Source of the DNA: an uncultured virus (IMG/VR IMGVR_UViG_3300020472_003601)
Lineage: Duplodnaviria > Heunggongvirae > Uroviricota > Caudoviricetes
DNA length: 64,000 bases
Direction: 5' to 3' (one strand)
Virus record (IMG/VR): IMGVR_UViG_3300020472_003601
Each line of letters opens with the position of its first letter. The stretch's first letter is position 1. The notes beneath the pieces are model-generated. The model searched no databases and had not been told where the DNA came from. It saw only the letters and a program-made list of their open reading frames with translations. Positions 8,621-18,965 of the stretch are shown in pieces. Made by a program: the position numbers and the translations under genes.

Positions 8621-8649
8621 ATCATAACATCATCCGAGCAGAAGGTCAA
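8621..8649 (-). promoter_or_regulatory. Sigma70-like promoter upstream of primase, with its -10 box inside a 7-bp inverted repeat
   Basis: TTGACC (8649-8644), 17-nt spacer, TATGAT (8626-8621). Inverted repeat ctcggat 8612-8618 / atccgag 8632-8638. Confidence 0.7.
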
Positions 8650-9221
8650 TCATTTAATATAGCTTTTTCTTTTTCAACAATATAGCCTGCTTTTGCTATT
8701 ACAATTGCGTCGGCTCGGTCATAAGATTCAGCCTTGGGGTTGCCGTGCCTTGTGTATTCGATATTAAATGCAGGCTCGGTGACTAACAGGTGCTCAAGTA
8801 CTACTTTTTTTGCTTTTTCTCCGCGTGGAACTTTGATGCCGGCTTTCTTTCTCGCCGAAGATGCGGATATATATTCTGGTTCCATTTCAAAGAGTTCATA
8901 TACAAGCCAAGAAACAATACCATTAAAAGTCATCAACGTTGATAGAGTCTTTGCTGAGGATTTACCTCTCATGAACATGTGGAGCGGCTGTTCTATATAG
9001 ATTTTCTCAATAGGATGTTTTGATTCACCCCAGCCACCGGCATCTTCTTGATCTAATTGGTAATTTTCAAAAAAATCTTCAATATATTCTTTTAAAGCTT
9101 CTGCTTTTGCAAAAGGTCCCTTGTATTTTTTTAGATCAATTGAGCTATAGTGCAACAACTGGCCATCACCAACTACCGCAAATCCAGTAATACTGGTGGA
9201 TATATCGATTCCGAGGATCAC
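8646..9221 (-). CDS. RuvC-like Holliday junction resolvase
   Basis: RNase H-fold acidic motifs ILGIDIS..TGFAV, IYIEQP and DRADAIVIA. Confidence 0.85.
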   Translation of the reverse strand: MILGIDISTSITGFAVVGDGQLLHYSSIDLKKYKGPFAKAEALKEYIEDFFENYQLDQEDAGGWGESKHPIEKIYIEQPLHMFMRGKSSAKTLSTLMTFNGIVSWLVYELFEMEPEYISASSARKKAGIKVPRGEKAKKVVLEHLLVTEPAFNIEYTRHGNPKAESYDRADAIVIAKAGYIVEKEKAILND

Positions 9222-9234
9222 TTAGCCTTCCTAT

Positions 9235-9663
9235 TTATCCCACGCCAACAGAGCCAGACCAACTTGGCCCTTTCGAGCCGCTAACATGATCTGTTGAGAT
9301 GTTTGTTAGTCCTGCTATGATATCGCAATTTTCGGAGTTATATAGCCAAATTTCACCTACTTTAATGTTGAATCTAGATTCAACACTTTTGCGTCCGGGA
9401 GCAAGAGGTCCGGTATTGTGGGAAGCTACTCGAAAATAATTACTACCTTTGACACCAGCCTCGGAAAAACCCACCTTTAATGATCGAAGTTCTGAGCGAT
9501 TTATAACAGTAATCCATTCTGTGACATACGGGAACACAACTCTGAGGGGGTCGCTTACACACTCGATGCTTCCACTAACAAAGGGTATGCCGGCTACTTC
9601 GTATGCGGGAGCATAGTTGAGTCCCGGCTCGTTTTTCCACGATGGTCTCCAATTATTCGCCAT
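9235..9663 (-). CDS. Hypothetical protein, probably virion-associated
   Basis: 142-aa ORF with AGGAG RBS, a late-like motif upstream and three SGS tripeptides. Confidence 0.7.
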   Translation of the reverse strand: MANNWRPSWKNEPGLNYAPAYEVAGIPFVSGSIECVSDPLRVVFPYVTEWITVINRSELRSLKVGFSEAGVKGSNYFRVASHNTGPLAPGRKSVESRFNIKVGEIWLYNSENCDIIAGLTNISTDHVSGSKGPSWSGSVGVG

Positions 9664-9695
9664 ATTATAAAACTCCTAAATTTGTTATTCTCTTA

Positions 9696-9703
9696 TAAAT
9701 AGT
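9696..9703 (-). promoter_or_regulatory. Candidate late-promoter motif ACTATTTA
   Basis: Intergenic, about 33 nt upstream of the 9663 start. Confidence 0.55.
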
Positions 9704-9726
9704 CATCTCTTTTTTCTATTCAGAAT

Positions 9727-11031
9727 TCAGATATCTAATTTTATCTTAAAAGTAAGATCTTGGTCTTCTTCCTTCAAAACAGGATCGGCAATTGAGGCTA
9801 CTCCAATTAAATTTTTATCATTGTCATATATTCCGATCTTGCTAACATAAACCTGCCTTGTAAAAGAAGCACTGTAATCTGAATAGCTCGAACTCACAGT
9901 GTTTTTTATTAGGCGCGCGGAGTTTTCTTCATAAACGTGAGATGATGTAAACGAAAGTTGACGTTGCCCTTTCTTTAAAAATGTTGGATTGTGAGAGAAA
10001 TTTACTTTACCTCTTTTAGCATGTGCTAACATACTAATGGTCTGAGTTTTGGTGGTCCCTTCGAATTCCAGCGTGTAAGCCATTTTTGCCCACCTTGATG
10101 ATACTGAAATTGGGTTGGTTCCTACATAGGACGCACTGGTTAAGCCGTCATTACATCCAGCTCCCCAGAAGCGCCATCTGGGAAATTGCTCGCCTGCAGG
10201 CGTTGTTCCTCTTAGGTTTCCAACGCCAACATTACCAATCGGCCACGAACCAGTCAACAATAAGAATCCTTCATCGTACAAAACAACACCTGCCACACTA
10301 GAAGAAACATTTTGATAGAATTCTCCTGCCTTACCGGAGCCGGCTGGATAGTATTGTTTGCCTGAGATTTGTATTAATTCCCCATTCTCTTTTGAGTCCC
10401 TTAGTTCTCCCAAAAGCGTTCCCGTGAAATACATCTTCATGGAAACGGTTCCCGGCTTAATTCGCGTACCATAAAAAATGGACGGAATATGAATTAAATT
10501 TAAATATTGGTCATTCTTGTCTCCATACGCAGAAGAACTCACCCTATAGTGGGCACTTCGAACACCATACAAGTTGAGTGTATTCTTTAATGACACAAAA
10601 CTCATCTTATCAGCATAATCTACTGCGCTGGGGATGTCGATCCACTGTCTTGTGATGCTGGCGTACTGAGGGTAGCTGCCGGATATCACATCTCCCCAGC
10701 CGAATTCGTTATTAAAAACGGCGCCTGTGATTGCTACTGTATTTTTGAAGCTTATTCTCGAACTTTCCTTGGTTATAAAGGGGTAGATCATTGGATTCAG
10801 TTCCTCATCATCGGCATAAGGAGGAAAGGAATTGATAGTTCTATCAATATTATATTCGTAAAGACTGACAAACCCGCCACTTAACATAGTCACGTTGCCG
10901 CAAAATGCTCCAGACTGAATTGTTCGGTTGTTGTAGTAAACGTCTGAATCATATATCACAAACTCACTTCTTGGGTGAGCTTTCATCGTGTTGATATTTA
11001 CATCATTTGGCTCAAACTTCCGGAAAGCCAT
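9727..11031 (-). CDS. Putative tail/baseplate structural protein (paralog of 11033-12100)
   Basis: The C-terminus NFSHNPT...YVSKIGIYDNDKNLIGVASIADPVLK...FKIKLDI matches its neighbour. Confidence 0.65.
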   Translation of the reverse strand: MAFRKFEPNDVNINTMKAHPRSEFVIYDSDVYYNNRTIQSGAFCGNVTMLSGGFVSLYEYNIDRTINSFPPYADDEELNPMIYPFITKESSRISFKNTVAITGAVFNNEFGWGDVISGSYPQYASITRQWIDIPSAVDYADKMSFVSLKNTLNLYGVRSAHYRVSSSAYGDKNDQYLNLIHIPSIFYGTRIKPGTVSMKMYFTGTLLGELRDSKENGELIQISGKQYYPAGSGKAGEFYQNVSSSVAGVVLYDEGFLLLTGSWPIGNVGVGNLRGTTPAGEQFPRWRFWGAGCNDGLTSASYVGTNPISVSSRWAKMAYTLEFEGTTKTQTISMLAHAKRGKVNFSHNPTFLKKGQRQLSFTSSHVYEENSARLIKNTVSSSYSDYSASFTRQVYVSKIGIYDNDKNLIGVASIADPVLKEEDQDLTFKIKLDI

Positions 11032-11032
11032 T

Positions 11033-12100
11033 TTAGTAATCCAATCGAACTCTGATTGTTACCTCATTTTCGGGAGTCTTCTTGAGCGGCTCTGAAAGTT
11101 TCGCTACTGCTACCAATTCGTTCGCTGCATTGTATAAGCCAACAGTAGTGATATAGGTTACGGGCTGATCTGATGCTACATTTTTAACTCTTATCTTTCC
11201 TTGGTTTAGATAAGTGGGGTTCGTACTGTAGTTAAAGTCGGCATGCCCCACTCTACAAAAGAAAATTTGAGAGTTAATCGCCGTAGTGTTGTTGAAAGAT
11301 AAATTCTGGAGGCGGTGGCGGAATGCGTCAGCAGTGCCGGAAATTGTACCTTTCGTCATTTGATCTGCGACCGTCCATACTCCGGAAGAGCCGCTAGCAA
11401 AAAACTGCTGGGTTCCTTCTCCGTCGCCAGAAGCAGACTGAAAGCACGAAGCAGAAAGCCAAATCTGGCCGCCCTGATACCACACAATTCCGCCATTTAG
11501 TCCATTGGCATCAGTCAAAACTCCATATTGTCCGCCGTCTGTAGTTTTTGTGCCGGCGCCGGTGGCTGTGGCAGCGGAATCCTGAAACGTACGTACTTTG
11601 CTGAATGGTGTGGCGAATGCTCCGTTTCCGACCGTTATGCTGACTGAGCCTTTCTTGATCTCATCTTTGACCAATAAAGAAGAGAGGCATATGTTAAACA
11701 TGTCATTTATTTGATTGGTTCCGTCTAAATTTAAATCAGTTTCAGCAGCTCTAACGTTGCGATCTCCGCCGCTAGCGGAATAACCAACCATCATAGAAGA
11801 CAGCATATTCCAATTGTTTCTCTTTTTCTTATATTGAGTTGCAGAGGTGGAATATAGTACAGATTTGTTCGGGTTCAATCCCATCGTGATATCAAAAATG
11901 TGATTCGCCGAAGAACTCAAAGTGGGATAGTCGTATACACTTTGAAATTGTCCATGCGTATAGTTTTTGACATTGTCGTCATTCGGCCATGTGCCGTAGA
12001 CACCACTCACGATAGTTCCCGTAACCGGGCAGGATTCATGTAGAAGTGTTCTGGTTGTAGCCCTATCTCTAGGACCTATAGGTTTATAAGTTTTTGCCAT
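11033..12100 (-). CDS. Putative tail/baseplate structural protein (paralog of 9727-11031)
   Basis: C-terminus FNYSTNPT...YITTVGLYNAANELVAVAKLSEPLKK...IRVRLDY; Ser/Thr/Gly-rich. Confidence 0.65.
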   Translation of the reverse strand: MAKTYKPIGPRDRATTRTLLHESCPVTGTIVSGVYGTWPNDDNVKNYTHGQFQSVYDYPTLSSSANHIFDITMGLNPNKSVLYSTSATQYKKKRNNWNMLSSMMVGYSASGGDRNVRAAETDLNLDGTNQINDMFNICLSSLLVKDEIKKGSVSITVGNGAFATPFSKVRTFQDSAATATGAGTKTTDGGQYGVLTDANGLNGGIVWYQGGQIWLSASCFQSASGDGEGTQQFFASGSSGVWTVADQMTKGTISGTADAFRHRLQNLSFNNTTAINSQIFFCRVGHADFNYSTNPTYLNQGKIRVKNVASDQPVTYITTVGLYNAANELVAVAKLSEPLKKTPENEVTIRVRLDY

Positions 12101-12112
12101 TTATTAGCTCCG

Positions 12113-13117
12113 TTAACTGTTTTTCTTAATAATTCGAAGTGGAAGTTCGAGTGTAGCACCGTTCGACCACTCAAGCTGCACCATTGTATCGATGGTCCTA
12201 AACGTTCCGGAGCCGGCTCCAAAAAGTTCAGTTGCGGTTACCGAGGTTCTGCCGCGCTCAGAATAGTGGGTATCTGTGAGTACTCGAGTATTAAAGTTCA
12301 ATTTAACAACTCCCGCTCTCGCTGAGGCAATAACAGAATTAGCTGTAACTGCTTCGTTGTCGTTTTCTCTGTATATCATCTGATTGTTGATTACCTTAAC
12401 TGTGGCAGTTCCAAAATTTGAATTGCCGGCGGAAGATGCAATGCCGGCGCTAGTAGGACTCAGCGGTAAATTGATTTGGGCGCGCCCGTTACCTCCGTTA
12501 TTATTAAAATAAGATCCTCTGGCTGGTCCTAAGACTTGCGCCAGTAGACTTGTATTCATCCTAACACGAAGATTGGAACCCATGAGTCCTTGAGAAATAA
12601 TATCTCTTTGTTTCGTTTGTTGATCGCCGGCGCCTGCAGTTTCATCGTTTATGCCGGTCTCGATTACAATCCCTAATCCATTTTGAAGTCCGGATTCTAA
12701 AACGTAGGTTTCGCCGGTAATTGCTTTTATGGCGGGGGCTGTGACGCCGTCATTGACAGCCAAATAATAAATTCCTTCCCATGGCTTTACACACTGCTGG
12801 GGTAAAAGTTCGTTTACTTTTGCTTGAACCATGTACAGGGTGTTCAGGTTTCCTCGTGTTGTGAGTCCGTATCTTCCGATGGGAGTCATCATTGACTGAG
12901 GCTGCATTATAGGAGTTTGCATTATCTCAAGATCTGCATATGCAGATCCTGACACGTTATTTTTATCATAGAGTGCATAATCTATTTCATCATCAAACAC
13001 GCAAAATTTTACAATTTGGGTACCCAGCCCTGTTCCACCCGTTGCTCGGGCGCGACCGACCGCGGTGAGAGTGGCATATACTATAATATCACCTGAATTA
13101 TCCAAAAAACTCGACAT
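12113..13117 (-). CDS. Putative tail structural protein (LT..GR..FxxxDDEIDY family)
   Basis: The N-terminus ATLTAVGR...KFCVFDDEIDY and the C-terminus IDT...LPLRIIK are shared with 13195-14286. Confidence 0.65.
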   Translation of the reverse strand: MSSFLDNSGDIIVYATLTAVGRARATGGTGLGTQIVKFCVFDDEIDYALYDKNNVSGSAYADLEIMQTPIMQPQSMMTPIGRYGLTTRGNLNTLYMVQAKVNELLPQQCVKPWEGIYYLAVNDGVTAPAIKAITGETYVLESGLQNGLGIVIETGINDETAGAGDQQTKQRDIISQGLMGSNLRVRMNTSLLAQVLGPARGSYFNNNGGNGRAQINLPLSPTSAGIASSAGNSNFGTATVKVINNQMIYRENDNEAVTANSVIASARAGVVKLNFNTRVLTDTHYSERGRTSVTATELFGAGSGTFRTIDTMVQLEWSNGATLELPLRIIKKNS

Positions 13118-13135
13118 TTATTTACCTCGCTATAA

Positions 13136-13180
13136 TAATTAGTGCTTTTTTCGTTAAATAGATTCTAACATCATAATTAT
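13136..13180 (-). promoter_or_regulatory. Cluster of three candidate late-promoter motifs
   Basis: ATAATTA (13174-13180), CTATTTA (13155-13161) and ACTAATTA (13136-13143) in a 77-nt intergenic gap. Confidence 0.5.
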
Positions 13181-13194
13181 CTTCTTTTAAGTTT

Positions 13195-14286
13195 TTATGT
13201 ACCAGAATACCGAATTATTCGAAGAGGCACCAATATTCTGCTTTGAGATGAGTACCCCATCACATAGGCTGTCGTATCTATGTAATCAAACTTGTGCGTC
13301 GAATCGAATATATATTGATCGATTATTCCGTATTTTGAGTATCTAAAGTCTCTAGTGGCGTTGGAGTGGTTCTTCAAATACCCGTTAACTTCAAAATTCA
13401 CAGCCATAACTGTTCCTTTTGGTCCGCCCAAAGAAGAGAATGCTGCGCTTGGGGAAGATACTTCATCTGCAAAATCGAACATTAAATTTTTTATTCCACG
13501 GATCAGGTAAGTTGCATAATCTTCAAATTCGTTTTCTATGGATACCGGTATAGCGCGCGTTAATGATTCAAAGTTAATGGTAGAGTCACCATTCTTGTAA
13601 TTCTTAAAAACACTGCTGGTGTTGGTGCCGTAGGTTCCAATTAGGAATCTATTATCAACATACATATGAAAATCGCGATCAAGTAGGTATTTTTTTTCAA
13701 TAAAATATTCTCTTGATTGGGGAGTAATAGAGAAATATAAGCCCTCTTTGTCTGTGGGTATATCCGCAGGAATAGTACCGAAATCTGTCATAATGGGCAC
13801 CTTATCTAGCCCACTTTCTATGATCATTTTAGATTTATCTGTGGCGCTGGATTCTAGAAATTTAAAGCTATTATCGAATATCTCATTTATTTTTTCAGTT
13901 GTCTCTTCGTTCACTGATATATAATAAACACCGTTTCTTAACGTTGGGGTTATATCTATTTTGTCATTTATAGCCAACACGGGGAGATATATTAATTCGG
14001 CATGTGCATCTTCTTCAGAACTGATCGTAGACTGATCTCGGCTAAACAAACCATATTGAAGATTTTTTAATCTACTCCCATAGCCTTCAAAGATGTAAGA
14101 TCCGGTTAATTCGGGGTAATAGCCGGCATCATCGGCTTCTGATGCGTCGTAGGTAGAATAGTCTATTTCGTCGTCTCCTAAAGCAAACTTCACCACCTTC
14201 AGATTACCTCGCGATAATTGAGTTCTACCTTTGTCTGTGAGAAGCGCGTCGATTATTATAGTTCCCGCTGTCTTGTTAAAAGCCAT
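13195..14286 (-). CDS. Putative tail structural protein (paralog of 12113-13117)
   Basis: DALLTDKGR...KFALGDDEIDY, YYISVN, IIESG and IDT...VPLRIIR. Confidence 0.65.
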   Translation of the reverse strand: MAFNKTAGTIIIDALLTDKGRTQLSRGNLKVVKFALGDDEIDYSTYDASEADDAGYYPELTGSYIFEGYGSRLKNLQYGLFSRDQSTISSEEDAHAELIYLPVLAINDKIDITPTLRNGVYYISVNEETTEKINEIFDNSFKFLESSATDKSKMIIESGLDKVPIMTDFGTIPADIPTDKEGLYFSITPQSREYFIEKKYLLDRDFHMYVDNRFLIGTYGTNTSSVFKNYKNGDSTINFESLTRAIPVSIENEFEDYATYLIRGIKNLMFDFADEVSSPSAAFSSLGGPKGTVMAVNFEVNGYLKNHSNATRDFRYSKYGIIDQYIFDSTHKFDYIDTTAYVMGYSSQSRILVPLRIIRYSGT

Positions 14287-14290
14287 TTAT

Positions 14291-17200
14291 TTACTCTCCT
14301 TCGCTAAATCTATCTTCGGTTTTAAGTTTAAATAGGACATTCAGATCGATCTTTTTCCCTGTTTTTTTGGATGTCAATCTTATTTTGAATGTTTCACCCC
14401 AAATTGGATCATCACTTGTTCCAACTGTTACCTCATCTTTCTGGTGTGTTGCCGCTAAGGCAAAATTAGCCTCGGACGTGTTTAGTTCCAATTGAGATAT
14501 GTTTGGTTGAATTTGAAATAGTTTTTTAAAGTTGATAGAAGGTCTAGAATAAATATCCTTTTCATAGTCTTCTTCCGATAAGACATGAAAACTAGAATAT
14601 ATATATCCACCATCGTCAATTAATTCAGCACACATTATTTGTGATAAATGTCCGGGCATCCTATTTTCATTTAAAAATCGAAGCACATAATAATATTTTG
14701 TGTTAGTCTTGATTCTTTCGCTGATTATTGCATCTGAGTAATTGTTGTCTGATTCGGGGATTTTTAAATCTATAGTTTTAATAAGTTTATTTTCAAAATC
14801 TCTCATGCTTGTTGGTTTTGTTTCGGACCGATATATTTCTAAAAATCGAGGAGGAGCTTGAGATCTTAATTCTATCTCCGTACCCGTAGAAATATCGTGT
14901 GCATGCAAATAGTGACTTCTAGTATTTATATCAGAAGCGGATATTGGCTCAGGGAACACATCCTCGCGATAAGGCTGGTATCTGTTTTGGAATCCTATCC
15001 GATGAGAGTCGTCTATGAACTGGAACGGTGTAGTGGAAATATCGTTTGCTGGATTATCCAAAACTCTAAGGGTTTTTGAATACATTGGTATTTCGATAAT
15101 TTTTAGGCAAGGTTCAATATAGAAATTAAGATCCGCCAGTTGTGGAAATTTACTATAACCTTGCTGATCTGTGGCAAACTGGTTGCGTAATGATAGTGCA
15201 CTAAGCTCGGCGTCCGAAAGAATACCTTCCGCACCAACGATGTCGAATATCGTATCCATGCCAGTCCAGAAAGTTGATTCAGTATCAGTTGGCAATCCTG
15301 TCGTCGTGTCTGTCTCGCCATAGAATGCTTCGACCCCTGTACCAAAATATCCGGCTTCGATCATCTCGGAACGTGTGGTGACCATTCCAAACTCATCCAA
15401 CGGTGCAAAATCTGAATCTCGCGCAGTTCGATAAAATAGTTGGCTGGCGTACTCGTCGGTAGACGGATCATAAAACTGCAGGCAGTATCTCAGATTTTCC
15501 GGATCCTCATCTATAATTCCTATCTGTTGCGTCAATCTAAAATCTCCGTAGCGATATCGATATCCAAGAGTTAGAGCATAAGCCGAAACAGAGTACGTAT
15601 AATCCGTATCATATTTGATTTGGGAATCGTATATAGTAACGTCCGTATCCGGCTCGTCGGCACTATTGAATATCCAAAAATTTTGTAGTACCCCGGAGGA
15701 AGTTTGATCCCCTGTCGTGTGGCCGCCCCTCTTCTCTACTCGATAAGCCAATAATTCCACGTGTTTTGAGTACGATTGCGGCTGTATTATTTGGTCTAGT
15801 AGTGTCTGATTGGTGTGGTCCGACTCTGCAGCTGCAAAATTCATAAACTCAAAGTAGATATGACTTATTGCAGAACTCGCATTAAAGCACTCCAATATGT
15901 TTTGACTGTCTAGATAACGATATATTCCAAAATCTTCTTGAATTGATAAATAATCTGCAGAATCAGTACCCATAAATTGGTAATTTGCATTGAGTGCTCC
16001 TCCGTAGTGATTATGTGCTTTCACCATTAAGTCCACAAAATCTACGGTTTTGAATGAAGCTTTTTGTGTGCTTGAGGTATACTCGGTGGGGGATTCGGCG
16101 TCGTACACAAAGTGCAGGAATGTATAATCTTTAGGCGACATTTCTATCTCTGGGAATACTCCGTCGTGAATATCCTTGAGTGTTTCTAAAAATTTTGCAT
16201 CAAAGTCACTACCTTTAATCGCATTGCGGAAAACATACGAAGTTTCACTACTGAACATTGCCTTCGGCTGATCTACGGTGTCGGGTGTCGGATCCACTGC
16301 TGTGTCATCTTCGTTGAAAGCAGTCATAGGAAAAGATATTTTCATATAATACGGGAAACTGTTTGCAACCCCATCGCGATCGGCTGAGATGGTTGAATCG
16401 AAAGCGGATGCATCAAAGAGCATATTTTGCTGATTTACTTTCACTTTTTCTTTTAAAGTGTCGGATATCATATCGATGAAATCTTTCTGATCTGCCATAT
16501 AACTTTGGAGAAGATATCGATGAGGATCGTCGTAGGCACTCGTAAAGTCGTTTGCGAACCACCAAATAAACGCACCCAAAATGAATTCTTTGTTTTGTTG
16601 AATTTCTTCCGGACTCAAAGTCGGAGAATAAAGCAATTCGCTGACGCCTTCGACTGTGGTTTCTGTCATACCCGGCGCGAGTACAAAAAGATCTTTTGCC
16701 CATGGGTATACCAACTCTGGGTCTAGACCAGTACCAGTGGTTTCTTCACTCCTAAATGATTCATATATAAGCTTCATGGGAGGATATAGTAAATAATCCA
16801 AATAATCGTAACCTATCTGAGAAGCAATTGCGTACGCTGGCGCGGATCCGCGAGTCGCCAGTTCTGTCGCCGATTCGCGGGCGTGGTATGTCATTGCGGC
16901 AATAGTGTTGATATTGGGTATGAGAAGTTCTGATTCTACCTGAGATGTCCACGCTTGGTAGTCTTCGACATCTTTTGAAAATGAATTGTATACACATGTT
17001 ATTTCAATCGGTGGCGCGGCTGCCAGCGCGCTTTCCATATTAACCGATTTCTTTGAATATGGCACATCAAAAGTTAAAAGTTCATCATAAAAAACATAGG
17101 GCATATCAACAATGGAAGGGAACACATCTTTCCCAAAAGTTCCTCCGTTGAACAAGACGTTCCAAAATCTGTCGCCACGAGAATTCTCTTGCGAAGCATA

Positions 17201-17512
17201 TATTCTCATGGGTATTTTATAGTTCGGCAAATATGAATCCGGATCGACTACCTCGGCAAAATCAGGATTAAATTCTATTGAATCTATATAAAACGAAGCC
17301 GTCGCAAGTCTGGATACTTCTCGAAGATTCAAATCAGTAACTTCGGTGTAGTCATAGTCTGGGGCGGTGACCCACGTGGATCCATCTGGGGCATCTCCGG
17401 GTTTCCAGTAATAACCTAATAAGGTGCGCAGATAATCTGATGTTCCTGCGCATATATCTTCAGAGAGAAGAGTGTACCGCTGTGAATATTCGGGTCCGCC
17501 GGGTTCAAACAT
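14291..17512 (-). CDS. Large acidic hypothetical protein, probable virion component
   Basis: 1073-aa ORF in the structural block. C-terminus: KYYYVLRF...FKIRLTSKKTGKKIDLNV. Confidence 0.6.
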   Translation of the reverse strand: MFEPGGPEYSQRYTLLSEDICAGTSDYLRTLLGYYWKPGDAPDGSTWVTAPDYDYTEVTDLNLREVSRLATASFYIDSIEFNPDFAEVVDPDSYLPNYKIPMRIYASQENSRGDRFWNVLFNGGTFGKDVFPSIVDMPYVFYDELLTFDVPYSKKSVNMESALAAAPPIEITCVYNSFSKDVEDYQAWTSQVESELLIPNINTIAAMTYHARESATELATRGSAPAYAIASQIGYDYLDYLLYPPMKLIYESFRSEETTGTGLDPELVYPWAKDLFVLAPGMTETTVEGVSELLYSPTLSPEEIQQNKEFILGAFIWWFANDFTSAYDDPHRYLLQSYMADQKDFIDMISDTLKEKVKVNQQNMLFDASAFDSTISADRDGVANSFPYYMKISFPMTAFNEDDTAVDPTPDTVDQPKAMFSSETSYVFRNAIKGSDFDAKFLETLKDIHDGVFPEIEMSPKDYTFLHFVYDAESPTEYTSSTQKASFKTVDFVDLMVKAHNHYGGALNANYQFMGTDSADYLSIQEDFGIYRYLDSQNILECFNASSAISHIYFEFMNFAAAESDHTNQTLLDQIIQPQSYSKHVELLAYRVEKRGGHTTGDQTSSGVLQNFWIFNSADEPDTDVTIYDSQIKYDTDYTYSVSAYALTLGYRYRYGDFRLTQQIGIIDEDPENLRYCLQFYDPSTDEYASQLFYRTARDSDFAPLDEFGMVTTRSEMIEAGYFGTGVEAFYGETDTTTGLPTDTESTFWTGMDTIFDIVGAEGILSDAELSALSLRNQFATDQQGYSKFPQLADLNFYIEPCLKIIEIPMYSKTLRVLDNPANDISTTPFQFIDDSHRIGFQNRYQPYREDVFPEPISASDINTRSHYLHAHDISTGTEIELRSQAPPRFLEIYRSETKPTSMRDFENKLIKTIDLKIPESDNNYSDAIISERIKTNTKYYYVLRFLNENRMPGHLSQIMCAELIDDGGYIYSSFHVLSEEDYEKDIYSRPSINFKKLFQIQPNISQLELNTSEANFALAATHQKDEVTVGTSDDPIWGETFKIRLTSKKTGKKIDLNVLFKLKTEDRFSEGE

Positions 17513-17513
17513 T

Positions 17514-18965
17514 TCAATATCCTCCCGTGGTGCCAGTATCTGAATCTAAAGATACCATTTTAGAAGCCGTAGAAGTGGCTTCTATCACAGTTGCAGCTGC
17601 AGGAGTCGCGGCGAGTGAATCGTAATCAGTGGAACCAATATCGCCGGAGATAGTATACGGGGAAACCATTGGTTGTGCTTTTTGCATTTTTGCTATATAG
17701 TATCGATTTCCTATACTGCTGTAAAGTGTGGATTCCACTAATGCAGACTGGGCGCCGATAAAATCAGCTGCCGTCTGTTTTGAGGTGGTTAGTTGCCGGT
17801 ATCTAGGTTTCATCATTTCGATTGTCTCCGGCGCGGTTTCCAGCAGATATACTGATGTACCTTCTGGGTCAGTGCCCGTTTCTCCGAGACCTTCGGTAAA
17901 AGTAGAAGTTACGTAAGGGTTTGTTCGGGGGGCGCCCCATGTACCCATAGGAACAACAGGTGCAACCTCTTCAAAATCCAAGACCATATTGTTGTCTATC
18001 GCTACCATCGATGCGGTCTCACCGTCGCCGTCGACGTCGAGGCTTGTTTCAACGGTGCCGGTGGAACCTGCCTGCACAGCCCAGCGGGTCGGGCCGCCGG
18101 CTGGGGCACCATACATATCGGCACCAAGCGCTTCTGCTGTCCATTCAACGATGGCATCACTAGATATGTAGGTATCAAGCCAATTCACCAATTCGCTGGT
18201 TTGTACGAATGTCATATAATTTGCAGTACCGAAGCCAGACTGAGAGTCCAAGTAAGCCTTACAATTGTTCCAGCTTATAGATTTGGCGCCCCATGCGCGC
18301 CATATGGGTGCGGATGCATCGTCCGGATAGTGATATGTTGTACCAGCGTACCATAGCCACGTGGACATGTCGGTAATGTCCCCTCCATTCGCCAAAAACC
18401 AGCTACCTGTCTCTCGAACACTTGCGATCTGTTCCTCGGTGAATCCGGATCCATACCATTCAATATAATCCTCGGCATCCCAACGGGTGAATGTCGTGAG
18501 GTCATCATAATCCGCTGACATTTCCGCCCACGTGTAAGTGGCAGCCGTGGTGGGGTCCAGCGGGTACCCGAAGGCATCGGCGCTGGGTCGGGCGTCCCAA
18601 CTTTCCATTTGTATCGTAAACCACCATGGCATATCGGTCCTCATAAAGCCGATTGTAGTTCCATTGGGTTGTGTGGGAGGGAGTCCGCTTACAAAAGTGG
18701 TAAATCTAACTTTTCCGCCGTCGGCAACGAACATCTGATCGAGATCGCTCGTCGGCATCGAGTCTCCAAGCTGTCCAAGAATGGACCCGAGGGCAGTGAA
18801 CAAAAGGCTCATATTGCCATCGCGAGTGAAATATTCGCCGGCTAGCTTCGCGTCGTAGCGATGGGTTGCGGTACCTGTCGGTGCACCGCCGCCTCCGCCG
18901 CCTCCGCCGCTAGTGTCATCTGGATCAACGCCTTCGGATCCGTCGCCGGCTGGTGGACCACCCAT
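17514..18965 (-). CDS. Acidic hypothetical protein with an N-terminal poly-Gly linker
   Basis: 483-aa ORF with a TAATG overlap, a run of nine Gly, and W/D/T-rich composition. Confidence 0.6.
   Translation of the reverse strand: MGGPPAGDGSEGVDPDDTSGGGGGGGGAPTGTATHRYDAKLAGEYFTRDGNMSLLFTALGSILGQLGDSMPTSDLDQMFVADGGKVRFTTFVSGLPPTQPNGTTIGFMRTDMPWWFTIQMESWDARPSADAFGYPLDPTTAATYTWAEMSADYDDLTTFTRWDAEDYIEWYGSGFTEEQIASVRETGSWFLANGGDITDMSTWLWYAGTTYHYPDDASAPIWRAWGAKSISWNNCKAYLDSQSGFGTANYMTFVQTSELVNWLDTYISSDAIVEWTAEALGADMYGAPAGGPTRWAVQAGSTGTVETSLDVDGDGETASMVAIDNNMVLDFEEVAPVVPMGTWGAPRTNPYVTSTFTEGLGETGTDPEGTSVYLLETAPETIEMMKPRYRQLTTSKQTAADFIGAQSALVESTLYSSIGNRYYIAKMQKAQPMVSPYTISGDIGSTDYDSLAATPAAATVIEATSTASKMVSLDSDTGTTGGY

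Noticed and set aside
18880..18910. (GGC/GGA)n run as a microsatellite or contingency locus
   Set aside because: Mixed Gly codons encode an in-frame poly-Gly linker rather than a pure slippage tract.
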